A stretch of 64,000 nucleotides of DNA from a virus. The translations under genes and the position numbers were made by a program. The notes under the pieces are model-generated. The model did not search any database, was not told the DNA's origin, and worked only from the letters and a program-made list of their open reading frames with translations. The stretch covers positions 32,001 through 96,000 of IMG/VR virus record IMGVR_UViG_3300003873_000002, one strand, 5' to 3'. Shown here piece by piece: positions 10,373 to 20,918 of the stretch (positions are counted from its first letter, which is position 1; every line of letters begins with the position of its first letter).

Positions 10373-10508
10373 TTTTGTTTATAAAGACGTCCTTATTTTA
10401 GAAACTATTTGGTTAAAAAATTTCCACACAAATATTCCATTAAAAAGACCGTATAGGGATATAGTAAACAATCTTAAAGTATATAAAAAAATGAAGGATG
10501 AATCGTGA
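10368..10508 (+). CDS. Putative +1 frameshift extension of the chaperone (gp51/GT-like segment)
   Basis: The +1 frame is open across TTT CCC TAG and fills the gap up to the tape measure start. Confidence 0.55.
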   Translation, partial: PSFVYKDVLILETIWLKNFHTNIPLKRPYRDIVNNLKVYKKMKDES

Positions 10509-13255
10509 ATATAACATCTTTGGTTGAAAAAGAAAATAAAAAAATTGATGATTTCTTAAAAGGATCATCAAAAAATATTGCACATGATATGCCTGATGAA
10601 AATAAAAACACATCTGAGGTTGATAGTGTGTTGGATAAAATTTCTAGACAAGATGTTTATATTGAAGATACACTGAAATTTCTAAAAGACGACAATCACC
10701 CAATTGTCACAAATATTTTGCGTGATATCAAAAATGAGTTGCATAATACAACGGTCAAAACTGATAGAAATACACCAACAAATAATAATATAACGAACCT
10801 AAATACCATAAATAGTGATGATATTAAGTCGCTGTCTGAAATTGGTGATAATGTTGCTGATAATGCTACTGATAATGAATCAAACAATAAATTCAAGTAT
10901 CTAAAAGAATTTGAACAAATCCTTAAAGATTTTACAAAAAATATAAACGATAACCATTTTCTTAATAAGACAGAAAAGCAGTATGCTATTAAAACAGCTA
11001 ATAGCACACTAAATAAAAAAGACATAGAAAATATCAAAAGCACAATAGAACATATTGTAAATGATAGACAGTTTATCGTTAGGAATGTTGAAGCCATTAA
11101 AAAAACTATTCCAAATACATCTAAACTGTCGGCTACAACCGCTACAACAGCTACAACAGCTACATTAAAAAATGATTATAATATAGATTTCAAGCACATG
11201 GATGATATTGTAATTCAAACATTTATAGATGGGTTTGAACATGTTAAATCTGAATATTTAAAAGAGATTAAAAAAATCCCGAAAGACAAATTTAAAGAAT
11301 TAGAATTAAATGGATATACAGCTTTAAATAAGCGTTCGTTGGACAATCAAACAAATACACAAACAAATACACAAACAAAATCAACAATTGATAGATTAAA
11401 CAGCGAAAGAAAAGAAAAGGAACGAGCTGAATATGAAAGAAAAAACATAGAAATATTAGAACACATATCTAATAACGAAAATAATACATCCAATACAACC
11501 AATACAACCAATACAACCAATACAACCAATACAATCCGTGAATCTGATGAAAACATTGGGAGTTATATTGTTAGTAAAATTGGTATTGCAATTGAAAATA
11601 CAGGAATTGATAAGAAAATCGGTGACGCTATAAATAGCCAAAAATCAAAAGCTAAAGATAGTGTGGATGGGTTTATTAACCATTATATGCCGAAGAATGT
11701 AAGTGATATCATACATAGCCAACAGTTGACTGTTAATAATGACAACAATAGTGATATTATTGATCAAAACGACCAAAACGATACTAATACCATCGAACCA
11801 AATGCAGAAGTCAACGATTCCAAGGAAAATAGAGACAAACGAAAAAAACACCGTGAAGAATTAAAAAGCCAAAAAAAATTAGAAAGCGAAATACAGAAAA
11901 AAGAATTTAAACACGATAATAAAATCCAAAAAGCAAATGTAAAATATGACGAAAATATAATAAATAAGCTCGACGAAATTAATAAAACACTGGAGGACGT
12001 TATAACTGCTATATATGTATCAGGTGGTTCAAGTAGTTTGTTGCCTGATAATTTTGGTGGACGGAGTGAGAAATCAAAGAAAGGGAAACCACAAAAAGGC
12101 AAAGGTAGCATAAAACCAGGATCAAAACGGGGTATGTTTACTAGAGGAGCAAAGAGCTTAATTCACTCTGATATGGCTAAATCGTTAGTAACTAAAGCTG
12201 GCTCGTTGTTGACAGTGGGTGTTGGTGCTTATGATTATGCAACAGCTAACAATGACAATGAAAGAATAGATGCTGTTTCAACAACCGGTGGTGTACTTGC
12301 AGGTGCATCCGCAGGTGCTGCAATCGGATCAGTTGTGCCTGTAGTTGGCACATTTATCGGTGGTGTAATTGGGGGAATAGTTGGTGGTTATGGTGGTTCA
12401 CTTCTAGGAGATCAATTTAAAAACCCTGAAGATATAATCCCAGACGAAATAACAGCAAAAGGTGCCCCTGCAGAAATATCTTATATTGATAATATTATTA
12501 TACCAGAAATCGAAAAAAGTTTAGCAACAAATGATGGTAAGTACTCTAAAAAAGATCTCGCTGAAATAAATAAATATAAAAACAGTCTTTTAAAAAAAGC
12601 AAAACCAGAATTTGAGGATATGTTATCCAAAGCCGGTTTATCCAATAAAGATGAAAAAACCAAATTAAATTTCATTTTAGATAATATCGCACCATTAAAA
12701 AATACAGACACAGTGGCATATAAAACATTTGCACAAGCGGCTGTGGATATTTACCATGGTGATGTTGTCAGTGGCAATAAAAAGGGAAATGGTTTTGTTG
12801 CTGTTAATAACCCAATTAAGAATATTTCAAAAACATTAAGCACCCAATACGATAAAACCAAACAAGAGTATAGCACAAATAATACGAATAATACAAATAA
12901 TACAAGCAGTGCGAGTAATCCAGACAATACTTATATACCACACGATATAGACGTTAAACTAGATTCATATATTGGTAGTGGGATTGATAAACCTGCTTTA
13001 TTGTCAACTGTTGTACCAGAAGCCACACCAGATATGATAAATAAAAAACTTGGCATAAATATAAATAAAAACAGTATTATGAAACCTAGTGCACCAAAAT
13101 TTGATGTTAATATTAAACGAGATGAAAACCAAAGCGGTGGAACAACAATTATAAATAATAATGTGCAGCCTGGTGGTGGATCAATACAAACAACCGACCC
13201 AAAAACAAACCGTGTCACCAACGCGGGCGTAAATTTATTATCATATATGATGTAA
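10505..13255 (+). CDS. Tape measure protein-like
   Basis: 916 aa, helical/low complexity, glycine zipper GAAIGSVVPVVGTFIGGVIGG; position in the tail block. Confidence 0.7.
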   Translation: MNITSLVEKENKKIDDFLKGSSKNIAHDMPDENKNTSEVDSVLDKISRQDVYIEDTLKFLKDDNHPIVTNILRDIKNELHNTTVKTDRNTPTNNNITNLNTINSDDIKSLSEIGDNVADNATDNESNNKFKYLKEFEQILKDFTKNINDNHFLNKTEKQYAIKTANSTLNKKDIENIKSTIEHIVNDRQFIVRNVEAIKKTIPNTSKLSATTATTATTATLKNDYNIDFKHMDDIVIQTFIDGFEHVKSEYLKEIKKIPKDKFKELELNGYTALNKRSLDNQTNTQTNTQTKSTIDRLNSERKEKERAEYERKNIEILEHISNNENNTSNTTNTTNTTNTTNTIRESDENIGSYIVSKIGIAIENTGIDKKIGDAINSQKSKAKDSVDGFINHYMPKNVSDIIHSQQLTVNNDNNSDIIDQNDQNDTNTIEPNAEVNDSKENRDKRKKHREELKSQKKLESEIQKKEFKHDNKIQKANVKYDENIINKLDEINKTLEDVITAIYVSGGSSSLLPDNFGGRSEKSKKGKPQKGKGSIKPGSKRGMFTRGAKSLIHSDMAKSLVTKAGSLLTVGVGAYDYATANNDNERIDAVSTTGGVLAGASAGAAIGSVVPVVGTFIGGVIGGIVGGYGGSLLGDQFKNPEDIIPDEITAKGAPAEISYIDNIIIPEIEKSLATNDGKYSKKDLAEINKYKNSLLKKAKPEFEDMLSKAGLSNKDEKTKLNFILDNIAPLKNTDTVAYKTFAQAAVDIYHGDVVSGNKKGNGFVAVNNPIKNISKTLSTQYDKTKQEYSTNNTNNTNNTSSASNPDNTYIPHDIDVKLDSYIGSGIDKPALLSTVVPEATPDMINKKLGININKNSIMKPSAPKFDVNIKRDENQSGGTTIINNNVQPGGGSIQTTDPKTNRVTNAGVNLLSYMM

Positions 13256-13331
13256 TTATCATTTATTATTTACCATAAATTATCAATATTAATCAATATT
13301 AAACAATATTAAACACAAACGAGGGATACTA

Positions 13332-13961
13332 ATGAATCTTCAAAATGATGGTATAGGGCATGATGATATAGCCACAATAGTTGCGGCGGGCGCCTCACCG
13401 AGAATAAATATATCTGGTATAATTGAATCTGGAAGTAATTTATCCATGGCAACAAACGCAGAATATAATGGTGATATCATTAGTGAGGGAGCAAGTGCAG
13501 CTAAAAATATTATAGCAGCAAAAACAGGGTTGAGTGGATTGGTGAATGCTGCAGGAAATAGTGTTAAAAATGTTGTTTCAACAAGAAAAGGATATCTTGG
13601 TGGTGATGGTGGTGATTTTAGTATAACAATTTTATTTTTCCTTGGCATAAAAGAATGTGGAAATTTGAGTGACTATAAGCCAGTCATTGATAGTCTTTCA
13701 AAACTCACACTACCAAAGATTGGTGTATCTGGTATCATGCAGTCAAATATATATCATATGCAAAATCGTTTAACATCTAAATTAATACAAGTATCTTTGG
13801 GGAGTTGGTTCGCAGCAGATGGTTTATTTTGTAAATCAGGGTCATTTGATTTCTCACCACACAAAGATATGAATGGAAAACCATTGTTTATGAGATGGAC
13901 TGGGTCGTTTGAGTACAAAGAAGCACCAACCGCAGAAATTATTTCAGGGTGGTATTTATAA
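13332..13961 (+). CDS. Baseplate tube-like protein (gp48-like)
   Basis: Synteny after the tape measure gene. Confidence 0.45.
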   Translation: MNLQNDGIGHDDIATIVAAGASPRINISGIIESGSNLSMATNAEYNGDIISEGASAAKNIIAAKTGLSGLVNAAGNSVKNVVSTRKGYLGGDGGDFSITILFFLGIKECGNLSDYKPVIDSLSKLTLPKIGVSGIMQSNIYHMQNRLTSKLIQVSLGSWFAADGLFCKSGSFDFSPHKDMNGKPLFMRWTGSFEYKEAPTAEIISGWYL

Positions 13962-14266
13962 TGTCTAATATTTTTAATCAAAGCAAATTTTTTGTATACA
14001 ATAATGAACTAGGTATCTATGATTATTTAGCAAATGACTTTATTTCAAAAATAAAAGAATTGCCTGTTTTGTCTGTAGTAAATACAAATAATCGTATTTT
14101 AGATGAAATAGCACACGATGAGTTAAATAATATTGATGTGTGGTGGATACTGGGTATTTACAACGATATTGTGGACCCAATTAATATCAAAAGAACAACG
14201 ATAAATATACCAGACATTTCACATATCACTACACTTCTATTAAAATATATTGAAAGTAATACATAA
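13961..14266 (+). CDS. LysM-like baseplate wedge protein (gp53-like)
   Basis: LDEIA..EL....WWILGIYNDIVDP...INIP; TAATG coupling. Confidence 0.75.
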   Translation: MSNIFNQSKFFVYNNELGIYDYLANDFISKIKELPVLSVVNTNNRILDEIAHDELNNIDVWWILGIYNDIVDPINIKRTTINIPDISHITTLLLKYIESNT

Positions 14267-15372
14267 TGCAAATAACAGAACAAGTTTTTTTAAAAATATT
14301 TTTTGGTGATAAAGAAATAAGTATAAATGATTTTGAAAGCCTGGTTATAATTCAGGAGGCTGGTTTAATTGTGCCAACTTTCGAAATGCAACTAAAACAG
14401 ATGGATTATTCGTGGTACAAGTTACTAAAAAATAATACACCAATAGAGATTATTGTTGGTAAAGATATAGACACTGCAGAAAAACATAAATTTATTATCA
14501 TAGATTATAACTATTTTGAAAATAATAATGGATTAAACCTTTTATTATCTGGGCTCCTTGATGTGGTAGAATTCACCAAAAAGCCAAAGATAAGGGCGTT
14601 TGAAGGCAATACATCAGAAGTCGCCGCTTCAATAGATACAGTTAAAATGAATATAGACTATAAAGGTAATGACAAGCAAGTTTGGATTCAACATAATATA
14701 ACAGATAAAAAATTCCTGGAAAATATTGTGGACCATTCATATATCAGTGACGATGATTTTGTGATGTCCGCAATCAATATAAATAAAGAAGTCACATTAA
14801 GGTCAGCAAAAAAGGCAGTTACTAACAACAAGAAAAATATTATAAATTTTTCAACGAACCAGACATCAGAAAGTGATGTTTTTGAAATGGATTCATTTGA
14901 AATAGGTTCAGAATCTGGTGTGTGGTCATACCAACTTTCAGACAATAGAACACAACCTGTTCTAGCAATAAATGATAGAAATATATCTGTTTTAGATTTT
15001 AACACCAAATCCATAAAAAATAATAAATCATATAATGAAAATATTTCTGGTGTACAATTCCCCACTCGCTTTGATATGGGGAATTGCCATGATAAATTTA
15101 ACTTTGCGAAAATAAATAATTTAAATAAGGCTGTATTATTTTTTAGGAATAAGGTTATAACTGGGTCCAGTCAATATTTTTTTCAAACAAACAAGCTTAA
15201 ATTATTAGATACAATTAATTTTATGGTAGAGGACAGTGATGATAATTTAAACAATACAACTGAAGTGTTATCTGGTAATTATATATTATCAAAAATAACA
15301 ATGAGTTTTACATCAAGTAAAGGGTTCTACCAGCAATTTGAGATGTATCGTGATTATGAGTTGGATATATAA
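14266..15372 (+). CDS. Baseplate hub protein (gp27-like)
   Basis: Size, synteny and C-terminal LSGNYILSKIT. Confidence 0.65.
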   Translation: MQITEQVFLKIFFGDKEISINDFESLVIIQEAGLIVPTFEMQLKQMDYSWYKLLKNNTPIEIIVGKDIDTAEKHKFIIIDYNYFENNNGLNLLLSGLLDVVEFTKKPKIRAFEGNTSEVAASIDTVKMNIDYKGNDKQVWIQHNITDKKFLENIVDHSYISDDDFVMSAININKEVTLRSAKKAVTNNKKNIINFSTNQTSESDVFEMDSFEIGSESGVWSYQLSDNRTQPVLAINDRNISVLDFNTKSIKNNKSYNENISGVQFPTRFDMGNCHDKFNFAKINNLNKAVLFFRNKVITGSSQYFFQTNKLKLLDTINFMVEDSDDNLNNTTEVLSGNYILSKITMSFTSSKGFYQQFEMYRDYELDI

Positions 15373-15702
15373 ATGATTAATAAATATAAATTACATAATA
15401 TAATATTAAATAGTTTTGAACTCGAAGGTGAGTACACCGGTATAGTTGTTGATACAAAAGACCCTGGTTTTAAAAACGATGGTAAACCACTTTCACGGGT
15501 TAGAGTAAGTATCCCCGAGCTAACAGATGGCATAGCGACTGATAAATTACCATGGTATTTGATCAGACAAACTGTTAATGATAGTCCTAACTCGCAGTCA
15601 AAAATTCCACCAGTGGGAAGTAGTGTTGTAGTGACATTTCCAGATAAAACAATATATAACGGTGTTGTTAGTTATATGATAGTTTCTCATCCACCAAGAT
15701 AA
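15373..15702 (+). CDS. Baseplate spike N-terminal OB-fold protein (gp5/gpV N-domain only)
   Basis: GIVVDTKDP...RVRVSIPEL...LPW...IPPVGS.VVV.F. Confidence 0.8.
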   Translation: MINKYKLHNIILNSFELEGEYTGIVVDTKDPGFKNDGKPLSRVRVSIPELTDGIATDKLPWYLIRQTVNDSPNSQSKIPPVGSSVVVTFPDKTIYNGVVSYMIVSHPPR

Positions 15703-15729
15703 AATACTAAAAGAGAGATAAAATTACGA

Positions 15730-17775
15730 ATGTTTAATGGTATCAGAGACGCAAAACATAATGTATTCCATACAATTTATGATAATAAGCCGAAATTAAT
15801 ACAGGATTTAAATGAAGCCAAGAACTATTTTATAGATAATATTAAAAATGCTAATATTAATAAATCATTTAATACAGATAGAATTAAGTCTGATGCAAAT
15901 GACTTGGTTAATTCATATATCTATGACAGTGCACTCCTTTTAGAACTTTTAAACACTGTCAGAGATACATATGTAAAATATAATGTGTCTGATGGAGTGG
16001 CAACGATTGATTTATATTTATTTTTATTATCATATAATGACCATAGGAATAAGTTTACAAAATATATAGATTTTATCAGTCAGAGTTATAATGATAATAT
16101 TGATATAAATGATTTGGATATCAATAATATCATTGCATTTTTTCTTTCAAAACAGTTCCCAATAGACCAGAAAGACATAAATAAAATCACTGATGTGATT
16201 AATAATCTGCCAAGTGATAGTGTATTAAATAACATAAAGCAAGATATCCTCGCTGAAATTAATGATAAATGGGTTAATACCACCCCAGATATAGTAATGT
16301 GGGTTATAGCTGCATTGATGAATCACACAAAAATACTACAAAAAGACATGTTAGGTGATTTATATAAAATATCCGGTTTATTAGATGATAATATAAGCAA
16401 TACCGAAACAAAGGATCTTTATGAACCCATATCATCATTTAATAACAAAATAATTTTAAAAGATGCAAATAATTCATACAAAAAATCTGCGCATGTAATT
16501 GCATCATCATTGGTAACAATTCAAAATATCACTATCTCAAAAAATAGTGACACAGACAGAACAAAGTTAATATATGATATAAATCAAATTCAAAACGATG
16601 ATACATTATATAGATCAGTGAACGCACTAAATGACCTAGAGGCCCAAGATAAAATAATAAACCAATCTATGGTATCATCAATAAACGATATAAATAGTCA
16701 TAGAAAAAATATAATTGGTGCATCTAATAAAATAAATGAAGAAAATAAGACAAATTTAGAAAATATAAGTAACATCGAATCAAAAAATATCAAGCCAACT
16801 TATTATAATACACCTATAGATGAAGGAACATATCATGACAATGGTTTAATTATTGAGGATAATGTCACAAAGCTTAATATAAAAACATCACATACATCTA
16901 GTGATTTAACGAGAAAGGCTGGAATTATGGCATCAATATCAGCCATAATCGAAAGCATCAATGTATCACACGATAATACATCATTTTTGATTGATAAATT
17001 TGTAAGTCAAACATCTAAACAAATGGAATATAACATTAATATGATGGATTTACTATCAACAGATGATAGTGACAATTTATTAAGCGTAATAGAAGGTGTT
17101 GGTGTTGCACTTAGTGTGCTAAATTTACTTAAAAATCCAAACCAAACACTAAAATCCATTTTTAATGTACTATCAACACCACTCGAAAATGCCATGTTAT
17201 TAGTTAATGAATTGATATGTGCAATTAAACAGGTATTGTGTCTCGCAGCTTCAACTGTTTCACTCGCTAAAAATATGGTAGAAACATTTAGTAATGCATT
17301 TAACGATTTTGAACAAGCAAAAACGTTACAAAAAATACAAGATTTTTGGGATAATATCAATAATAAAATTGATAGTATTACAGATGACTACATAGAATCT
17401 CTTAAAAACGCTATACGCACAATAGCCAATAAAAATAAAGGCAAAATAGTAAAAGATTTACATGATAATAATTTTTATGGAAGTGATTGGGGTGACATGT
17501 ATAGCAAATCAGTGGAGGACACCATCAATGAGTTATACCCAACTTTAATGGAAAATTTATCAAAAGCATTTAAAACAGAATTTAACAAAGCAATTGACTC
17601 AATTAAACTTTCTGTAGATCATACTACAAACTTATTATTGAATGTAACAGATGCAATGAAATGTACACGACAATTTGATGGTGTTTTTGATGTTAATATA
17701 GTATTTCCATATATTTCATTATCTGATTTATCACTTGATATCCCAGCAGTAAATTCGAGGATTGTAAAATGTTAA
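15730..17775 (+). CDS. Large helical hypothetical protein within the baseplate cluster
   Basis: 681-aa ORF with no recognisable motif. Confidence 0.7.
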   Translation: MFNGIRDAKHNVFHTIYDNKPKLIQDLNEAKNYFIDNIKNANINKSFNTDRIKSDANDLVNSYIYDSALLLELLNTVRDTYVKYNVSDGVATIDLYLFLLSYNDHRNKFTKYIDFISQSYNDNIDINDLDINNIIAFFLSKQFPIDQKDINKITDVINNLPSDSVLNNIKQDILAEINDKWVNTTPDIVMWVIAALMNHTKILQKDMLGDLYKISGLLDDNISNTETKDLYEPISSFNNKIILKDANNSYKKSAHVIASSLVTIQNITISKNSDTDRTKLIYDINQIQNDDTLYRSVNALNDLEAQDKIINQSMVSSINDINSHRKNIIGASNKINEENKTNLENISNIESKNIKPTYYNTPIDEGTYHDNGLIIEDNVTKLNIKTSHTSSDLTRKAGIMASISAIIESINVSHDNTSFLIDKFVSQTSKQMEYNINMMDLLSTDDSDNLLSVIEGVGVALSVLNLLKNPNQTLKSIFNVLSTPLENAMLLVNELICAIKQVLCLAASTVSLAKNMVETFSNAFNDFEQAKTLQKIQDFWDNINNKIDSITDDYIESLKNAIRTIANKNKGKIVKDLHDNNFYGSDWGDMYSKSVEDTINELYPTLMENLSKAFKTEFNKAIDSIKLSVDHTTNLLLNVTDAMKCTRQFDGVFDVNIVFPYISLSDLSLDIPAVNSRIVKC

Positions 17776-18647
17776 CTGATATTTCCAAAATAAATGAAGA
17801 AGCAAAACGTGTATATGAACAAAAATTTTGCCCGATTTTTAAAAAACATTTAAAAAATAATGGTTTTACAGATGAACATTTAAATATAATTAAAGATGAT
17901 ATTGCATCTTCGTGTTTATCGCCAGTGGGAAATAATTTGGATGATATGTCAGGTGATTTTGATGTAGATAGCATCAGAAAAGAAATTATAACCAAAATAT
18001 CAGATACAGCGAAGGATTTTGAAAAAAATACTAAACTGGATGGCGAAATAATAACACTGAATGCAAAACAAAAGGAAAAAGAAATACTATCAAAGATTCA
18101 AGCTGATTCATATATTGTGCAAAACGCGAATGTAAGTTTATCAAGAAAAGAACAATTAATATCAGAACACAAATTTACAAACCCAGTAAATTTGCAAGAT
18201 GCTAATTATAGCGTTACAGAAGATTACCCAAATACGTATGGATTTATAGATACAGTCAAGAATTGGTTTAAAATCAATAAAAAGAAAGGATTTGCAGAAT
18301 TTGTGCATCAAAGTGGGAGTTATTTCAAAATAGATAAAAATGGGAACGCGAGTTTTTATATTTCAGGCTCACTTAAACAAATTGTGGAGAAAGATTATAC
18401 AATTGAAGTTAGAAATAATATGGATACATTAGTTAAAAAAAGCAATTATACCCATGTAATCAAAAATGATGAAAAATTAGTTGGTGGTACATTAATGAAA
18501 ACTATTTTAGGAAAGGTTACCAATATTTTCAAATCTACATTAGATGAAACAGTATCAGGAAATGTAAATGAAAATTATGGTGCAAACCAAACAACAAATG
18601 TTTCAGGAAGCAAAACACATAATGCATCTAGTATCAATAATAATTAA
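17769..18647 (+). CDS. Baseplate spike C-terminal beta-helix protein (gp5-like)
   Basis: YPNTYGF...EFVHQSGSYFKIDKNG followed by repetitive beta-strand segments. Confidence 0.7.
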   Translation: MLTDISKINEEAKRVYEQKFCPIFKKHLKNNGFTDEHLNIIKDDIASSCLSPVGNNLDDMSGDFDVDSIRKEIITKISDTAKDFEKNTKLDGEIITLNAKQKEKEILSKIQADSYIVQNANVSLSRKEQLISEHKFTNPVNLQDANYSVTEDYPNTYGFIDTVKNWFKINKKKGFAEFVHQSGSYFKIDKNGNASFYISGSLKQIVEKDYTIEVRNNMDTLVKKSNYTHVIKNDEKLVGGTLMKTILGKVTNIFKSTLDETVSGNVNENYGANQTTNVSGSKTHNASSINNN

Positions 18648-18737
18648 ACAATTTATAAATACACAAATAAATATAAACAAAATTAAACAAAATTAAACAA
18701 AATTAAACAAAATTAAACAAAAATATTAAATAAATTT

Positions 18738-19091
18738 ATGAAAGCACTATACTCAGATTTATCAAAAAAAGGCCCTATCGTTACAGATGCTGTAGATATA
18801 TCAAATTCTGTTGAGAATATTCTTAGCACCAAAAAAGGTGAAAGGATTTTTGATAGGAATTTTGGGTCACACATAGAAGATTATTTATTCGAGCCATATA
18901 GTTTTGCAACTTCAAGATTTATTCTCGCTGATGTAAAAGAATCGCTAAGTATTGAGCCCAGGGTCGAAATTTTATCAACAACTGCTGTTGATATGGACCC
19001 AAGATCCCGGACCTATAACTTAGTATTGAACTTAAAAATTAAAGCAACTGGCGAAAATTTGCAGATAAATAAACAGTTAAAAGTCAAATAA
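18738..19091 (+). CDS. Baseplate wedge/sheath initiator (gp25-like)
   Basis: NILSTKKGERIFDRNFGS..EDYLFEP...EPRV. Confidence 0.9.
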   Translation: MKALYSDLSKKGPIVTDAVDISNSVENILSTKKGERIFDRNFGSHIEDYLFEPYSFATSRFILADVKESLSIEPRVEILSTTAVDMDPRSRTYNLVLNLKIKATGENLQINKQLKVK

Positions 19092-19100
19092 GGTCAAATA

Positions 19101-20777
19101 ATGAGCATCATCAATAATAGAAGTACATCATTTAATGATATCGAAAATAATATCATCGAATATCTTAAAACACTTGAAAATTGGAATGATATTAAAGATG
19201 CATTACCAGGAAGCAATCTAACTATTATCACAAATTTACTTGCTGGTTATGCGTCATATCTTGGATTCAAGAATAGAATGATGCGAGATGAGACATATTT
19301 ATCAACAGCAAAATTAAGCACATCTGTATATAATATTGCAAAAGTTTTTGGATACTCAATCAACAGATATTCTGCACCATCATTAAATTTAAGGTATGAG
19401 GGTTATGATACAATAACGGTAAGATCTGGTGATACATTTGGGACATATAATAATTTAGATTTAGTGTATTTTGGTGCAAATGATATACTTGAGCACGGTG
19501 AAGTAATAAATGTGCAATTAGGAAAATATACAAAGGATACACAGAAAGTTTCACTAAATAACGGTATTTGTGAGACAAATATAAACCCATTTTCGCTTGT
19601 TTCTATAGACAATAAACACATAACAGTTAAAATAAATGATGTAAAAAAGGACATTTCAAAATTAATTGAGGATTATATTGTATATAACAAAATTGTTGAA
19701 TATAGTAATGATATCTACTCGACAAAATTAATGATATCAGATACAACGAATCGTTATGGTGTAGTCGTTTCGTCGGGTGATATCCTCGATATTGAATACC
19801 TTGAAACAAATGGTTATGAGGAAGCATTAAATGTAAAAAATGTGAGTGTTAATAATAATTGGTCTGCTATTGAAATCACGCACTTAGGTTCAAATGGTGA
19901 TACACTTAATAAAATTAAAAATTTAGCGCCATTATATTATTCAACAATGCGCCGAATGGTAACAGAAAATGACCACAGATATATCATTGAAGCACACCCA
20001 TATATCAAATCTGCATTTGCTGAAAGGGAAAAAGGAACACCATACGAAGTTACACTTTCCCTAGATGAATCTGGTGTTAATAACGGGGGCATTTATTCAT
20101 TTAATTTAGGGTCATTTTATTATGCTTATACATCACCGGTGGGTGGTAACGATACAATAAATGATATAGCTAATAATTTATACACAAAACTATTAAGAAA
20201 TAATACAATAACCGCGACACTAAATAATAACAAAATTGTGATTACTTCAAAGAACGCGCGTTTCGATAACTACTTGAAATATATTAACGAAAGTGAAGTT
20301 GAAAGTTATGTAAGGTATGATGTAATAACAAAGGGGATTAAACCCCAATGTTGCACAGTTAATGTGTGGTATATTAAATATGACACTATAAATGATCCAA
20401 AAGCACTTACATTCCACGAACAAGATGAGATATCAGCATATATTGAACAATTCAAATTAGTTGGTATAAGAGTAATTTTATCTCCAGCTGATGTGATTTA
20501 TAAAGATATAAATATAAAAATAAAATTATCTGAGAATTATTTGTATGACGAGGTCTATAAGAAATTTATTGAAATATTAAATAATTATGAGTTAAAATTG
20601 AATACTGGTTTTAAATATGGTGATTTGCTTGCAGAAATAGCAAATATAAAGGTTATTAAAAACGATATTCAAATTAATCCTGTTATATCTATTATACCAA
20701 ATCAAACAGTGTTTGATGTTCTACCCCAAAACGACAAATACATTAAGTTCAGAAACGTATCACTGCTTAATGAATGA
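19101..20777 (+). CDS. Baseplate wedge protein (gp6/J-like)
   Basis: ETYLSTAKL.SVYNIAK.FGY; APLYYSTMRRMVTEND. Confidence 0.85.
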   Translation: MSIINNRSTSFNDIENNIIEYLKTLENWNDIKDALPGSNLTIITNLLAGYASYLGFKNRMMRDETYLSTAKLSTSVYNIAKVFGYSINRYSAPSLNLRYEGYDTITVRSGDTFGTYNNLDLVYFGANDILEHGEVINVQLGKYTKDTQKVSLNNGICETNINPFSLVSIDNKHITVKINDVKKDISKLIEDYIVYNKIVEYSNDIYSTKLMISDTTNRYGVVVSSGDILDIEYLETNGYEEALNVKNVSVNNNWSAIEITHLGSNGDTLNKIKNLAPLYYSTMRRMVTENDHRYIIEAHPYIKSAFAEREKGTPYEVTLSLDESGVNNGGIYSFNLGSFYYAYTSPVGGNDTINDIANNLYTKLLRNNTITATLNNNKIVITSKNARFDNYLKYINESEVESYVRYDVITKGIKPQCCTVNVWYIKYDTINDPKALTFHEQDEISAYIEQFKLVGIRVILSPADVIYKDINIKIKLSENYLYDEVYKKFIEILNNYELKLNTGFKYGDLLAEIANIKVIKNDIQINPVISIIPNQTVFDVLPQNDKYIKFRNVSLLNE

Positions 20778-20918
20778 TGTCAAATGATGTCAAATGATGT
20801 CAAATGATGTCGTTGCTTTAAATAACAAAAATAACAAAAATAATAAAAAAATAAAGCAATGACATTTATATTATATTTCAATGCAATGCAATATTCAATA
20901 ACGGGTTTCATATAACAA

